A stretch of 61,876 nucleotides of DNA, filler included, from Choristocarpus tenellus KU-1152 (taxonomy: Eukaryota > Protista > Phaeophyceae): assembly GCA_964200185.2 (NCBI GenBank). It is 11 parts of 11 records of this genome, joined end to end, with 100 filler letters (N's around TTAATTAATTAA, not from the genome) between each part and the next. Parts side by side here need not be neighbours in the genome. Positions count along the whole stretch, not along the records: positions 33,785 to 45,719 come from CAXNAD020002060.1; positions 45,820 to 49,305 come from CAXNAD020019697.1; positions 49,406 to 51,959 come from CAXNAD020026824.1; 8 more parts are not named here. One strand, given 5' to 3'. The translations under genes were made by a program, and so were the position numbers. Shown in pieces: positions 40,301-52,059 of the stretch. The notes below the pieces were generated by a model. That model searched no databases. It saw only the letters and a program-made list of their open reading frames with translations, and had not been told where the DNA came from. Within the stretch, counting starts at the first letter, position 1. Each line of letters begins with the position of its first letter.

Positions 40301-43300
40301 TTCACGGCTGCTGCAAGAAAGCGGGATACCCTGATGCTTCTCTAGGTGAGGAATGCAATTTGATAGCGTCATAGAACTTCATGGAGTTTAGAGTAGGAAT
40401 TGATTGATATTTTGGAATCAACGCATGTACTAAGGGCCAGGCTGCAACTCTGAACTGAGATTTGTTAAGGTTTTGAGATATATTATTGCAATGTCACAAA
40501 GGAGATGTTGGAAGTAATACTTGAGGACACAGTAATCTACGGTTGATTGATCATCTTTATATTTGCTGGCGCATTGTATCGATGTAAGACAGTCACTGAC
40601 TGACGTAGTTGAACAAATTACCCAACTTTCCAATTATGCATTGTACACTACACGTGAAGGCGAGATGCAAGAGAAGGGACTGGTCATCAAATTCTTTGAG
40701 AACTGGTAAGCAGCAAGAGTCAGAGTCAGGAGAGAACAGAGTGGGATATGGGGGGGGTGCTGTCTATACAGTGTTGAAGGGCACAATCTTGTCTGTGGCA
40801 CTACCGATCAATATACCTGAAGAAAGTAGGGAGGACAGGCATAAAATAGCAATGCTCCCTACTTGTTTCTTGAATGCATTCATCCTTTGTTTCAATCATC
40901 GCCTTGCAAGCAGGAGCATACATCCCAACAATGGGCATGATCCAGTCCCATCTTGCCATGAGTAATGCTATGGCCATTGTCTACACAAAACATTTTCTAC
41001 CAGACATCTCCTACTCCAGTTACAATTCAACAGATAGAATCGAAATCACTGTAAGGCTTATAACACTATCTCAATCGTTGAACCCATGCCTCCTTTGCTT
41101 TCTATGATATTGTGCTATCATTGGGTGGCACGCATGGTTAAGTACACAAATGATATACTTTACTAGTACTACGGAGTAGCTGATGTTTCAATGCCCTATT
41201 AATATTTGTTTGTACAGGTACTACCCATTCCTCCGTCAATTCAAAGTGATCATCCTCATTTTGTATTTGGCTATCGTGGTCTTCTATGTAGTTGTTGCCA
41301 CGCAGCTTAAACCCGACTCTGAGGTGAGATTCTGCCACTAGGAAAGTTTGTAGGGTTAGACATCCTGCGAGACGTTTATTTGCTAATGCAAACCCACCAA
41401 CACACGCATGCGAATGAACAAATCTGTGACACATACTCCTTTTCTTTGTGCTCATACTACAGGATGTAGTGTAGTATTAAGTAAGACCTGAAATCAAGGG
41501 GAGGAATGTCTTTGTACGTACTTCTGTTGCATATCTATTTCCAAGTAGGTACATATTTTACCAATAACGCAATGACGACAAGGATTGGTCAACGGAAAGG
41601 TTCTTCTAATTTCGAACTTTACCAATTAGGTTTGTATCTAGTCATGATCGTATTACCAATAATCGGCCCGATTTTTTTGGTGGATTTGTGATCAACTCGA
41701 TCCAAGTAATGTTTATTTCTTGACTGCAACAAATTAAATAATGGCAAGACAACAATGTAGAACATAGTTTTAAAATCTTTGGATGCTTCTCGTACGCTTC
41801 TCGTATTTGTCTCCTCAACCGCTTCCTCCTCCTTAACCGAAATTGTGTGTTGTGTCGCAATGTATATGTTGTCAAACCAAAGTCACCGAGCTTTCTTCCT
41901 GAAGATGATAACTACATGATAGCACCATCAAAGGTGGAGGATTACTTCAGTCAGAGTGACGTCAGCAACCGTGTTATAGTCGAGGTGATTCTTGTGGGTC
42001 TTGTCATGTGTCCTGTGATGAACGTGTGGTATGAGGTGGATGTTTATCTGATTTTTACGTTGTGGGTTGTCTATCATCTTGGTGAGTAGGTGTTGTAAAA
42101 GGTAAACACTATTCGCCGTAAATAGGAAATTACATCCATGACTTCCTTATTCAGCCCAGCAATTTTCTGGTCGGGAAGATCGCTTTCTCTGCACTGTACT
42201 CTAAGGGTTCATTATTTTATTGTTCCTAGTTCTAGGGTAGATTGCCTGAATCGGCATTGGATCCTAGTGTACCTTGGGTGAGCTTGGACTTTTGCAACAC
42301 TCTTCAAGGGTGTCTGGGTGTTCCTGGTCACACATGGCTTGGCCCGTTGCTAATATTCTGCTGCCCTTACAGCTCCTCGTGAGCTGCGGCGGGGTCTTTA
42401 ATTGAGTATTAAGCCCTACTACTGTCTGTGCGTTGGCATGTGTACAAGATAGTTGTTGTGGTCAGGAAATGTTTGCCTGTCAAGCTAGACAACCATTAAG
42501 CATGTAGGATAATGGATTACTAGAAGCTCAAGTAGAGTGATGGGCCCAAATTTAGGTTGTTAGTTTCATACTTTAAAATCCTTGCCTGATGTACCCTTTT
42601 CAGGTTATAGAAGGGGTGTACAACGCCATGTTGATAGTTTAACAGGTACTGGAGATGTGAGAGCCCTGATATAGTTGAGGGTCCAGTTAATGTGCGTATT
42701 GGAAGATGTGAACCAAAGCAGTTGATTGTTCACGTACTTAAAAAGTACATCTAAATATAGCAGTGCTTCAAAATACATCCTACATTCGGGTCATTTGATA
42801 TTGGTATGCAAACAAGTACACATGGTTCCGAATTCCTAACATAAACAGCACCGATCATAAGACTTGCGCACAAACTTACAACCTCTTTACCATAATAGCA
42901 CATAGTAGTCGCCACACCTGGCTATTGTACCATGAACGAAAAAAAAAGCATAGGAGACCACTCACCTTTGATTTCTTTCCATACAGTGCATACCTTCCAT
43001 TTGTCTTCCACCTCTCTTCTTTACGATGCCAGTTATGAAGTGGTGGTCACTGGTATATCGGCGATGTGCTCAATGTGTTGCCTGCAGCAAACTGATATAT
43101 CACCTCTGACCCCATCCTCAGATACCTTTTGGCATTATTGGGACTGATCGAGGTGATTGTGATGGCTCTTCTTGCGACAAGACTGTTGAAACTGACTACG
43201 GGGCTCCAATTTGGGATAGTGCTATTGAAGGTCTCAGCAACGTGTAAGTGTCTTTACTTTCAATGTATATCCAACATATGTTTTACTCCTAAGTGTTATT

Positions 43301-44605
43301 GGGTGACATATTCTATTACAGAAGAGAGTAACAACTCAACATCCAACCCAACTGTCATTGGTCACACAGTATTCCAGCCTCAGACACTTGTGCGTTAGAC
43401 TCATCTATACTCCCAGTTCTTGCAAGTACCCTCTATATACCTGCTCCCGATATTAATCTTAGGGCCCTGTTTCATATATATATATATATTTATTATTCAT
43501 TTTTGCGACAATGTGTGTGTGTGTGGAGGAGATATAGAGTACGATGCGTGCATCAAGACTCCAGAGCACATAGCAGATGCAGATAAAACTCTATATTGGA
43601 TTGCCCCTATCTTCTCAGGTATGCTCAAAAGTGGATGCTTGACTTCTGCAATGCTATGGAATCTGCTGATGATGCGTCAACTGCTAGAATGGTCTATCCA
43701 GCAGACGCATCCAACCCCACACCTGTCACCTGCGTACACGAGGCTTTACAAATATGGTATGGAGAGGGGACGAAGTGTAGTGGGGCTTAACTGAGGTATT
43801 TGCCTGCAAATAAATCTACTTCTTTGTAGGTCTCTGGGAGTAAGAAGGGTGACATTTCATCCATTTTTTACCTGGGCTGAATTAAAAAAAGTGTATGTAA
43901 TATGTTGTGATGAAGAGCGTATAGGAAATTATGTAAGTCTGTACCTTGTATTTGTCGTGGAACCAAGTGCTTGTCAGTCACGCAGCAGGCAATGATTGTT
44001 TGTGTGGTTCATGACCGCTATCTTTGGCAACCGCATGAGGAATGTTTTGGGTTGAGATCTCTCAGAGGTGATCATGATTCATAATTTTAGTAGTATGAAG
44101 GGGGTGTGTATGCAGAAGATGTTTTTTATTGTAACAACGTGTGGTAGGATTGCCTGATATATTCTTTACAGCGAAGAACAACATCACCCGCTAGTATGCT
44201 CGTTGTAAGTATGACTTCCTGAAGGTCCTACATGTACGTGAGAAATATTGTGAATACACTTTTTGACTGTATCTGTTTCTATTGTGTTGCTTTGAGCTGT
44301 AGTTTTAGACATGCAACAAAATTTTGATCTGCAACTAAGATCACAGCATTTCTCGAAAGGATGCATACGACAATCTAAGTCACTTTGACGAGACTCCATC
44401 CTTAACATTCAATGCTAAAAGGTGCCAGGAAGAGAGTGGCCGTTGCAGCCAGACCAACCAGGACTTACCTAGTGACGACTACATTGTGGATGCGGCGGTA
44501 TTTTTTGACACGTTGTTCATCTTCCTTGAGAGTGATGTGTCGGTGTCAGACCCCAACTATCAACCAGGACAGACTAACTACGACCTGTGGAAGGACCATG
44601 TCCGA
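34328..44605 (+). CDS. Dispatched/Patched-like RND transporter with sterol-sensing domain, internal part; exons 34328-34446, 35266-35335, 35692-35788, 36863-36943, 38407-38456, 39290-39405, 39922-40017, 40192-40345, 40660-40705, 41218-41323, 41883-41984, 43122-43243, 43619-43756, 44422-44605
   Basis: Fourteen exons splice with consistent phases and no stops. The SSD reads YFGLLNALVIFVILGIGADDIFVFSDTW...TLRFAGKAMAVTSLTTTASFLTNALSEFPAVQSFGIFSAMLIITNY, and the second loop AQKWMLDFC...CVHEALQIW is typical of Dispatched-type proteins. Confidence 0.9.
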
Positions 44606-45352
44606 GTGAGGAGCCCTTCAAATGTTGCTTTATTAATGAGATCCTTCCCCTGACACTTTATGGCGTGTAGACTGTGTATAAACTGTAGTATGACAAAGTG
44701 TTACTCATGGGATACGGGTAGGTATGTTTTTCGAAAAATCTGTTGGACACCTTGTCTATCTCTCTCCCTACAACGGTTGCTCCCCCTCTTTGGAGTTGAA
44801 GGCGGGTATGTATTTGGGGAGAGGGAAGCGAAGATTGAAATGTGGTGCTTTAGAACCAGGTATCGCCATCATTTTGGTGTGAGTGTTGGGAGATGTAATG
44901 CCTTCGTATTTTGGCTTATACACTGAGCTTATCCAATGATGATCACGAGTCGGGTCAGGGTACACTCACGCTGAACAGTACACCTTACAATATTTAATAT
45001 ATGTAAGTTAAAGAAAACCGCTTTGGGTTATAGAAGAAGAGACTAGAGGAGTCCGTAGAGCACCTAATTTAGACTTGGTGAGAAAGGCGTAATTAATCCT
45101 CAATAGTAGTTTACTTTCTGGCCAATTTTTCACCAGGTTCCCTAGAGCTAAGTTCCTTACTTGCTCGTGTGTCTTGTAATCTTGTTTGACCTATTCATAC
45201 CACAATGCTAACATCCTGTCGGGACTAACTTGTCATTGGGAGGGCAAGGGGGTGAATGGGTTCTTAAGAACACCGGCAGCAGTCGATAGTTGGTGGTGGT
45301 TTGTATTGTAAATTGCAAATCCAAGCACTGCACATTAGTTGGATCAACCTCT

Positions 45353-45610
45353 GAGTGAAATTATCTTAGAGGGTACGAGTTTTTCCCTGTTTGTCCATTT
45401 GGAGCTTGGCTTCCCATGTTTTTTTTTATGATATTTTCCTACTCCAAAATGTTTTGGAGTAGCTAAAATGTAAATGTTATGAAAAGGTGTGTCCAGGACA
45501 TGGATATTGATACTTCCTAACAAACACGATGGGCAAAATTACATCAAAATCACAACATTGGATTTGACCCCCAAATGGACGCGACTCTACCCTCTAAGAT
45601 ACTTCGGCTC
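45353..45610 (-). mobile_element. MITE family A, full copy (no TSD recognisable)
   Basis: Both TIRs are present; the flanks TCT and AAT do not match. Confidence 0.88.
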
Positions 45611-45819
45611 AATTTGTCGTAGAAAACTCGTTTGTACTATGTAAGGTGAGTATGGCACACGTTACCTCTCCAAATGGGTCAAAGTATCTGGGGGGGGGGC
45701 GTCGGCGTCCGTTTTTCACNNNNNNNNNNNNNNNNNNNNNNNNNNNNNNNNNNNNNNNNNNNNTTAATTAATTAANNNNNNNNNNNNNNNNNNNNNNNNN
45801 NNNNNNNNNNNNNNNNNNN

Positions 45820-46072
45820 AAAGTATCTTAGAGGGTACGAGTTTTGCCCTGTTTGTCCGTTTGGGGCTTGGCTTCCCAAGGGTTTTTTATGAGGTTTTCC
45901 TACTCTGAAATGTTTCGGAGTAAGTAAATTGTATACCTTATGAAAATGTGTGTTTGGAACAAGCGTATTGACACTTCCTAGCGAACACAATAGCCAAAAT
46001 TACATAAAAATTGCAACATTGGATTTTGGCCTCCAAATGGACACGGCTTTACCCTCTAAGATATTTTCAGTC
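45820..46072 (-). mobile_element. MITE family A, near-full copy at contig start
   Basis: AAAGTATCTTAGAGGGTACGAG...ACCCTCTAAGATATTTTCAGTC. Confidence 0.88.
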
Positions 46073-46370
46073 TCATACGACAAAGTGTGGTGAAAGTGGC
46101 GGTGGTCCATGTGCCAACGTTTTTCAGGCTACACGCCTCAAGTCATTTTCGCCATACTTTACCATACAACAAAGTATGGCAAAAGTTGCCGCTGTCCACG
46201 TACTAACCTCTTTGAAGCTGCACGCCTCCAAACCATCATTCTCGACTTACCACTAAACTCAATCGCGAACCCATACCCCCCACAGAGAAAGGGGCACATA
46301 CGTGCTAACTGACTTCACATGAAACTTTCAGTATCCCTTACACCACAAAACCCATCCTACACTTTACTTT

Positions 46371-46629
46371 GAGTGAAAGTATCTTAGAGGGTACGAGTTT
46401 TGCCCTGTTTGTCCATTTGGAGCTTGGCTTCCCGTGGGGTTTTTAATGACATTTTCCTACTCCAAAACGTTTCGGAGCAGGTAAATTGCATACGTAATGA
46501 AAAGGTGTGTCCAGAACATGGATATTGACACTTCCTAACAAACACAATACCAAAAATTACATCAAATTCGCAACATTAGATTTTGACCCCCAAATGGATG
46601 CAGCTCTACCCTCTAAGATACTTTGGCTC
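46371..46629 (-). mobile_element. MITE family A, full copy, TSD TTT, with a paralogous empty site at ~46984-47072
   Basis: Filled site TACTTT[MITE]TTTACCGTTCGACAGAAC versus empty site TACTTTACCGCTCGACAGAAC. Confidence 0.93.
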
Positions 46630-47168
46630 TTTACCGTTCGACAGAACACGTCAATTGTAGTACATACATGCGCAATAGTGTGAGGGGCGACACCCACCAT
46701 GCAGTTGTGAACTGTTTCCCAAAAAAAATTCGGACAAAAACACACGCTCTACTGTTCGACAAACTATCCCCATTCACTTCGTCCTACGTGCTTCATGGTA
46801 CATTTCATAACCTTTTAGATGTGGCTCGCGATTGACCACATACGCAATGCACACCTTTCAGGATATTCTAATCGGTGCGGTTTCGGTTCTCGATGTATCA
46901 AACACACCCTGCTCCATGCTTTCAAAGTGGGGTGTCATCCAACACGGCCGTACTCCATGCAACATTCGTGACCATGAAGCAATCAGTATCACTTACAACA
47001 CAAAACCCATCCTACACACTACTTTACCGCTCGACAGAACACATCAATTGCAGTACATATATGCGCCAATAGAGTCAGGGGCTACCGCCGATAGTGTCAG
47101 GTGCTAACCCACTGTATCCCTTCCTCCACTCTTCCACGCAACACAGATTGTGAGTTTGCATTCACCAC

Positions 47169-49192
47169 ATGACCACCGACGTCCAGGTTCAGTGCCTAAG
47201 AGAGAACTGGAAGAAAGTACATACGAGGACGTTTTTTGGCGACGATGGACAACTCACTTGCGCATGCACATGCACATTCTGTGACAAAGGCAAAGGATGC
47301 GGCTCTGAAGAAGTGGAGGCCGCACTCAAAAGTGGTGCTCATTTAATGGCCTTCCTCCTGTAAGTTCCTATGCCCGACCACACCGACGAATGGGCAAAGG
47401 TGTGAGCATGACGAGCTTGAATGGTATCCAAATTAATGTAACCACACCGTAGATACACACCAAGGTACTCGCCCTCAAATCGTTTCCCTACGACCTCTAA
47501 AAATATGGCAGCGACAGCCGGACTCCACTAGTGATGTTAGATCCGCTACTCAAACCTCTACACTGACAACAAAAACCGCTCTTGGACTAATCAAAACAAA
47601 ACAGATGAGAGAGGACCGTGTTGGAGCCCCTCAGCGAACCGTCCTCTGGCGGCTCCTTGGGCAGTTTCAAAAAATCTTGTGTCGACGGTACATGCGACAG
47701 GTGTGACTGGAAATCTCACCCGATGTGGAAGTGCCCCCGTATGTTGGACTCTCACAGCACACGTGTCATATGGGACGAGTTCGTCTACGCATACACCCTG
47801 GTGGTGGAGGCCGACCTGCAACGAAAGACTTGCCAGGAGATAAGCCTTATCCAAACACTCACCAACTACTTAGATTTGGAAGACGAACCTGTCCGGTTCC
47901 ACCCTCACGCCGGGTTCAGGACCGATACAGTAACCTACCCTACCAATCGACCATATCTCCATGTTCACATCCAGACCACACGCCCATGTTCCTACAAATC
48001 ACTATGTCCGTCTACACTTCCACGCAGGCGCTGTCCTCTAGACTTGGCATCGCCACCCCCAGCAGGACCACCAAAGATGACATGATCCAGATGATCAAGG
48101 CAAAATATGCAGAGCTGAGGGTGGACAATCTCATGACTGGCGGTTTGATCATCGCTAAGTGCATGGTGGGAGAGTCTGCCCCCGACTTCAGGAGGAACAG
48201 GACCGAGGAGAACGACGATGAAGACGCCACAGGGTCTACGAACAAGCACAGTCAGAGGCGAAAGGTGAGCGACATTTTCCTTCGAGTAATAATTACAGTG
48301 TATGTTGGATGTGTCACGGCATATTTGTGAACAACGAACAGATACTCCCTCCCTCAGCACCGGACATAATCGATTACACCCACAACAAAGCCTGAATCAC
48401 CAAGACCTATCACCAGCAACAACGCTCGAAATGCGACCACCTGGCTCTTTCGATACAGGTGTTGTTCCCAAGGACGGAGGGATTCCCTACACTCCTAAAG
48501 GTCATATTTGCAAACTTCGAGAAGAGCTTCTTCCTCCATCACAACGCTACCATTTGGCAGGCGCAACAATACAAACACTGCAAATCCTGCCTCCCCAAAG
48601 GACACGCCGTCATATCCATGGACTTCAGTGCCCACCTGCAACACAACCACCAAGACTCGACACAACAAGAGTTCTTCAATCTATTCCTTACGGCGCTCCT
48701 GACCATTGTCTGGGGTTGAGGGATTTCAGAGAAGAGGGAAATCTTGGGAAGCGAAGGGTATGGACTCACAGCATGACGGTGTGCAGTGAAGACTGAAGCC
48801 AAGGCAACGAGTTCGTCCAGAATGCCATGGAGATGCTTGTGAGAGTCCACCTAATACCTCTGGCCAGTGAATATGGACAGACCCTAGAGGTCCACATCTG
48901 GTCCGATGGCTGCGGGAGTCAGTTCAAGAACAGATGGCAGATGCGGTGGGTTTCTCAGTCCTTAGTGCGGATGGGAATTTCCGTAGAACACAACTTCTTT
49001 GCCTCCTGTCACGGCAAGTCGCTGTCTGATGGAGTCGGGGCTGTGGTGAAGTCTGCTGCCAGGAGACTGGAACTAGACAGGGTGCGCATGCCAGGAACCT
49101 CATCCCTAGTGGATTCGATCAAGGCAACCAAAACTCAATACACATTGAGGTATCCAACCGGAAGAAGAATGGCACTACCGCAAAGGTCATAA
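47169..49192 (+). pseudogene. Decayed DDD-type DNA transposase, Sola2-like, apparently intron-containing
   Basis: Cys-rich CVDGTCDRC; FLHH..IWQAQQY...ISMDFS..QD; SED*SQGNEFV; IWSDGCGSQFKN; FFASCHGKSLSDGVGAVVK. It carries in-frame stops and frameshifts. The superfamily label comes from remembered motifs. Confidence 0.75.
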
Positions 49193-49712
49193 GGTTCCTC
49201 CCGCACAGACAATCGTCACAAAGGTAGACACACTCCACATGACCACCCCCCCCCCCACTCACAAATTCAGCCTCTGCTTGCCACTGGCGATAACCACAAC
49301 ACACANNNNNNNNNNNNNNNNNNNNNNNNNNNNNNNNNNNNNNNNNNNNTTAATTAATTAANNNNNNNNNNNNNNNNNNNNNNNNNNNNNNNNNNNNNNN
49401 NNNNNGTGAAGTAACTGATTAGTGGTTTCCACACTTACAATGTTTTATAGTGTTCACATGCATATATATATAGTTTTCATTGGTTTCCCCCCTGATACAT
49501 CTACAAAATGTCAGAGGGCATAACAATATAAATTTAGTTACAGTGTAATAGTCAAAAGTCGGTATGAGAAGTAGCACAGTATGTAGTACCTGTTGTGAAC
49601 AGGATATACTCCCCATAACGCCTCTGACCACAGGTCGAGATCATCCGTAACTACTGTGCAACAAAAATAGTACGTACTGGTTTGAATAACATTATAATGT
49701 TATAATAGTAGA

Positions 49713-49991
49713 GAATCAAACTAAACGCGAGGTACTTAGGGTTGCATTTAAATGAAGTGAAAAATATGTACAAATTTCGACCTTATGTACACAAATGCGT
49801 GTGAGGAATTTTCTGAATTCTTCTGAAGTCTGTCAATAAAACTTTCAAACAAAATATTAATTAATCCTCTCAGTTTGATCCTATAATTTGTTCATAGAAA
49901 TACAAGGGTAAATTGTGAAAGATGAAAAATGTGCCTAAAATGCAAAATGCAAAATGTCCAAAACCTGGGTACCTCTACTATACTCTTGCTT
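49713..49991 (+). mobile_element. MITE family D (TIR consensus ~GAGCCAAAGTAAACGAGAGGTACC), probable TSD AGA; other copies 51626-~51835, 54610-~54815
   Basis: Degenerate 23-bp TIRs with AGA on both flanks, and an interior similar to the other copies. Confidence 0.65.
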
Positions 49992-51358
49992 AGATGCCCA
50001 CTTGATATTTTGTAGATGTTATCGTAAAGGGAACAAGAAGAGAGAACTTACTCCGAAGCATAAGGCAAAGAATACAACAAACAGAGCAGTAACAAGGTCT
50101 GTAATATTGCTTGCAGTAGTAGAGGTCTTGTCAAACGAGGGTAACAAATATATATTAGGAATAAAATCTTTAGGCGACCATTTGGAGCCCAAATGAGATA
50201 TTTGCCCCCAATGAAACCAGAGTTTTCAAAATGGCTGGTGGCTACCACCGATTTTTTCTCTGCCTTTCACGAGAAATCGGCGACACTCAGAAGCGATGGG
50301 TGGTGCTTGGAGATGCCACGTTGCCTAGAACTCAGCACCCAAAATACCCAGCACTCAGCACACAACCAGGGTCGACCATAATTTTTTTAATGATATGGAT
50401 CGTGGCGAGTAGTGAGAGGCAATAATAGCTACAGGCAATGGGGCCCTGCTTCATGGCTGGTAGGTGCCACTACCCACAAATGAAGGACAGGTCACATTTC
50501 TTAAGGGATATGAGAAGATGCTACACGAGCTATGTTGTTGGGAAGCAGATACAACTACAACGGTGTGACCATCTCCACCACCAATCAATGCTGAATTCAA
50601 GGAAGTGGAAGGAGCTTTGAAGATGGTAGCTAGGCGTTCCTTGCAAAGACTTCACAATCGGGTCAGAGAAGTTTCAGCTTCTTGATACGAAGTCAATGTT
50701 CGAGTCCCAGAGTTTCCCATTATTGGAGGAATATGTTTGTGAATTGGTGAACAGCAACTTTGAGCGTTTGCTACAAGCGCCTCCAGTAGCCTACGTTGAA
50801 GGGATATGTACCTCCAATCCACAATCCTTTAGGCTGATCGTGAAGTTCAAAGACAGTGCCTGAGGTGTGTCAATAGCCTCAAAGCCAACAATAATATATA
50901 TATATGGTTATCAGGTTTGTTAGATAAAAGGTATATAGTTATGCTCAAGCTAAGTGCACGACTGATTCTTAGCATTCCGTCGTGGTGCATGATATGCAAG
51001 ATGAGCACAGGTTGAAGACACCCCTGCACAGGAAGAAGTTTCTCCATAAAAAGATCACTTTTTTAAAGTAAAAACTTTGGGGGGGGCGTTGGGAACGCCA
51101 CGGAGAAAAAAAAACTATCCCGAAATGCCGAAATGCCGAAATCGCATTTTTTATTGTTTAAAATTTCCAGGACTTCTTACTAGGGCAGTAAATGAAAAGG
51201 ACCGGTCCCAAAATTATTAACTTGACACAACCCATGTCCATTAGATGTTGAATCAATCCATGTCCACAGAATGTCCATTGGGTATTGTACTGTCCATGTC
51301 CGCCGCCTGGACTGGGTCTAGCATTCCCTAACATGTCCAGACCATGTCCATAGGGTAA

Positions 51359-51617
51359 GAGTCAAAGTACCTTAGAGGGTAGAGCCACGTCCATTTGGGG
51401 GCCAAAAGCCAATATTGTAAATTTGATGTAATTTTTGCTATCTTGTTTGTTAGGAGATGTCAATATCCTTGTTCTGGACACAACTTTTCATAAAGTATAC
51501 ATTTTACCTACTCCAAAACATTTTGGAGTAGGTAAAATGTCATCAAAACCCCGTGGGAAGCCAAGCCCCAAATGGATAAACAGGAAAAAATCGTACCCCT
51601 CTAAGATACTTTTACTC
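51359..51617 (+). mobile_element. MITE family A, full copy, 4-bp TSD GTAA
   Basis: GTAA|GAGTCAAAGTACCTTAGAGGGTA...CTAAGATACTTTTACTC|GTAA. Confidence 0.9.
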
Positions 51618-51876
51618 GTAATTGTGAGTTAAAGTAAACGAGAGGTACCCAGGGATGCCTTTTATGGACGCTGACAAAATTCGTTTTTCTAGGAATCTTC
51701 TTAGTTCTGTTGAAAATTTTCCAACAATAGAGAAATCAACACTATCAACTCAAACTTAGCACTTTATCCATCGAAATAAGGGTAAATAGCAAGAGATGAA
51801 AAGAGTGGCTTAAAATACAAAACGGACAAAATGTGGAAAGCATGTTTGTTATACCACCATTTCCGTATGTCATATA

Positions 51877-51959
51877 GAGCCAGAGTATCTTAGAGGGTAG
51901 AGCCGCGTCCAGTTGGGGGCCAAATCCAATGTTGCGATTTTGATGTAATTTGGGCTATT
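51877..51959 (+). mobile_element. MITE family A, partial (cut by contig end)
   Basis: GAGCCAGAGTATCTTAGAGGGTAGAGCCGCGTCC. Confidence 0.85.
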
Positions 51960-52059
51960 NNNNNNNNNNNNNNNNNNNNNNNNNNNNNNNNNNNNNNNNN
52001 NNNTTAATTAATTAANNNNNNNNNNNNNNNNNNNNNNNNNNNNNNNNNNNNNNNNNNNN

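Noticed and set aside
50190-50860. Coding-looking stretch
   Set aside because: The frames examined contain multiple stops and no recognisable motif.
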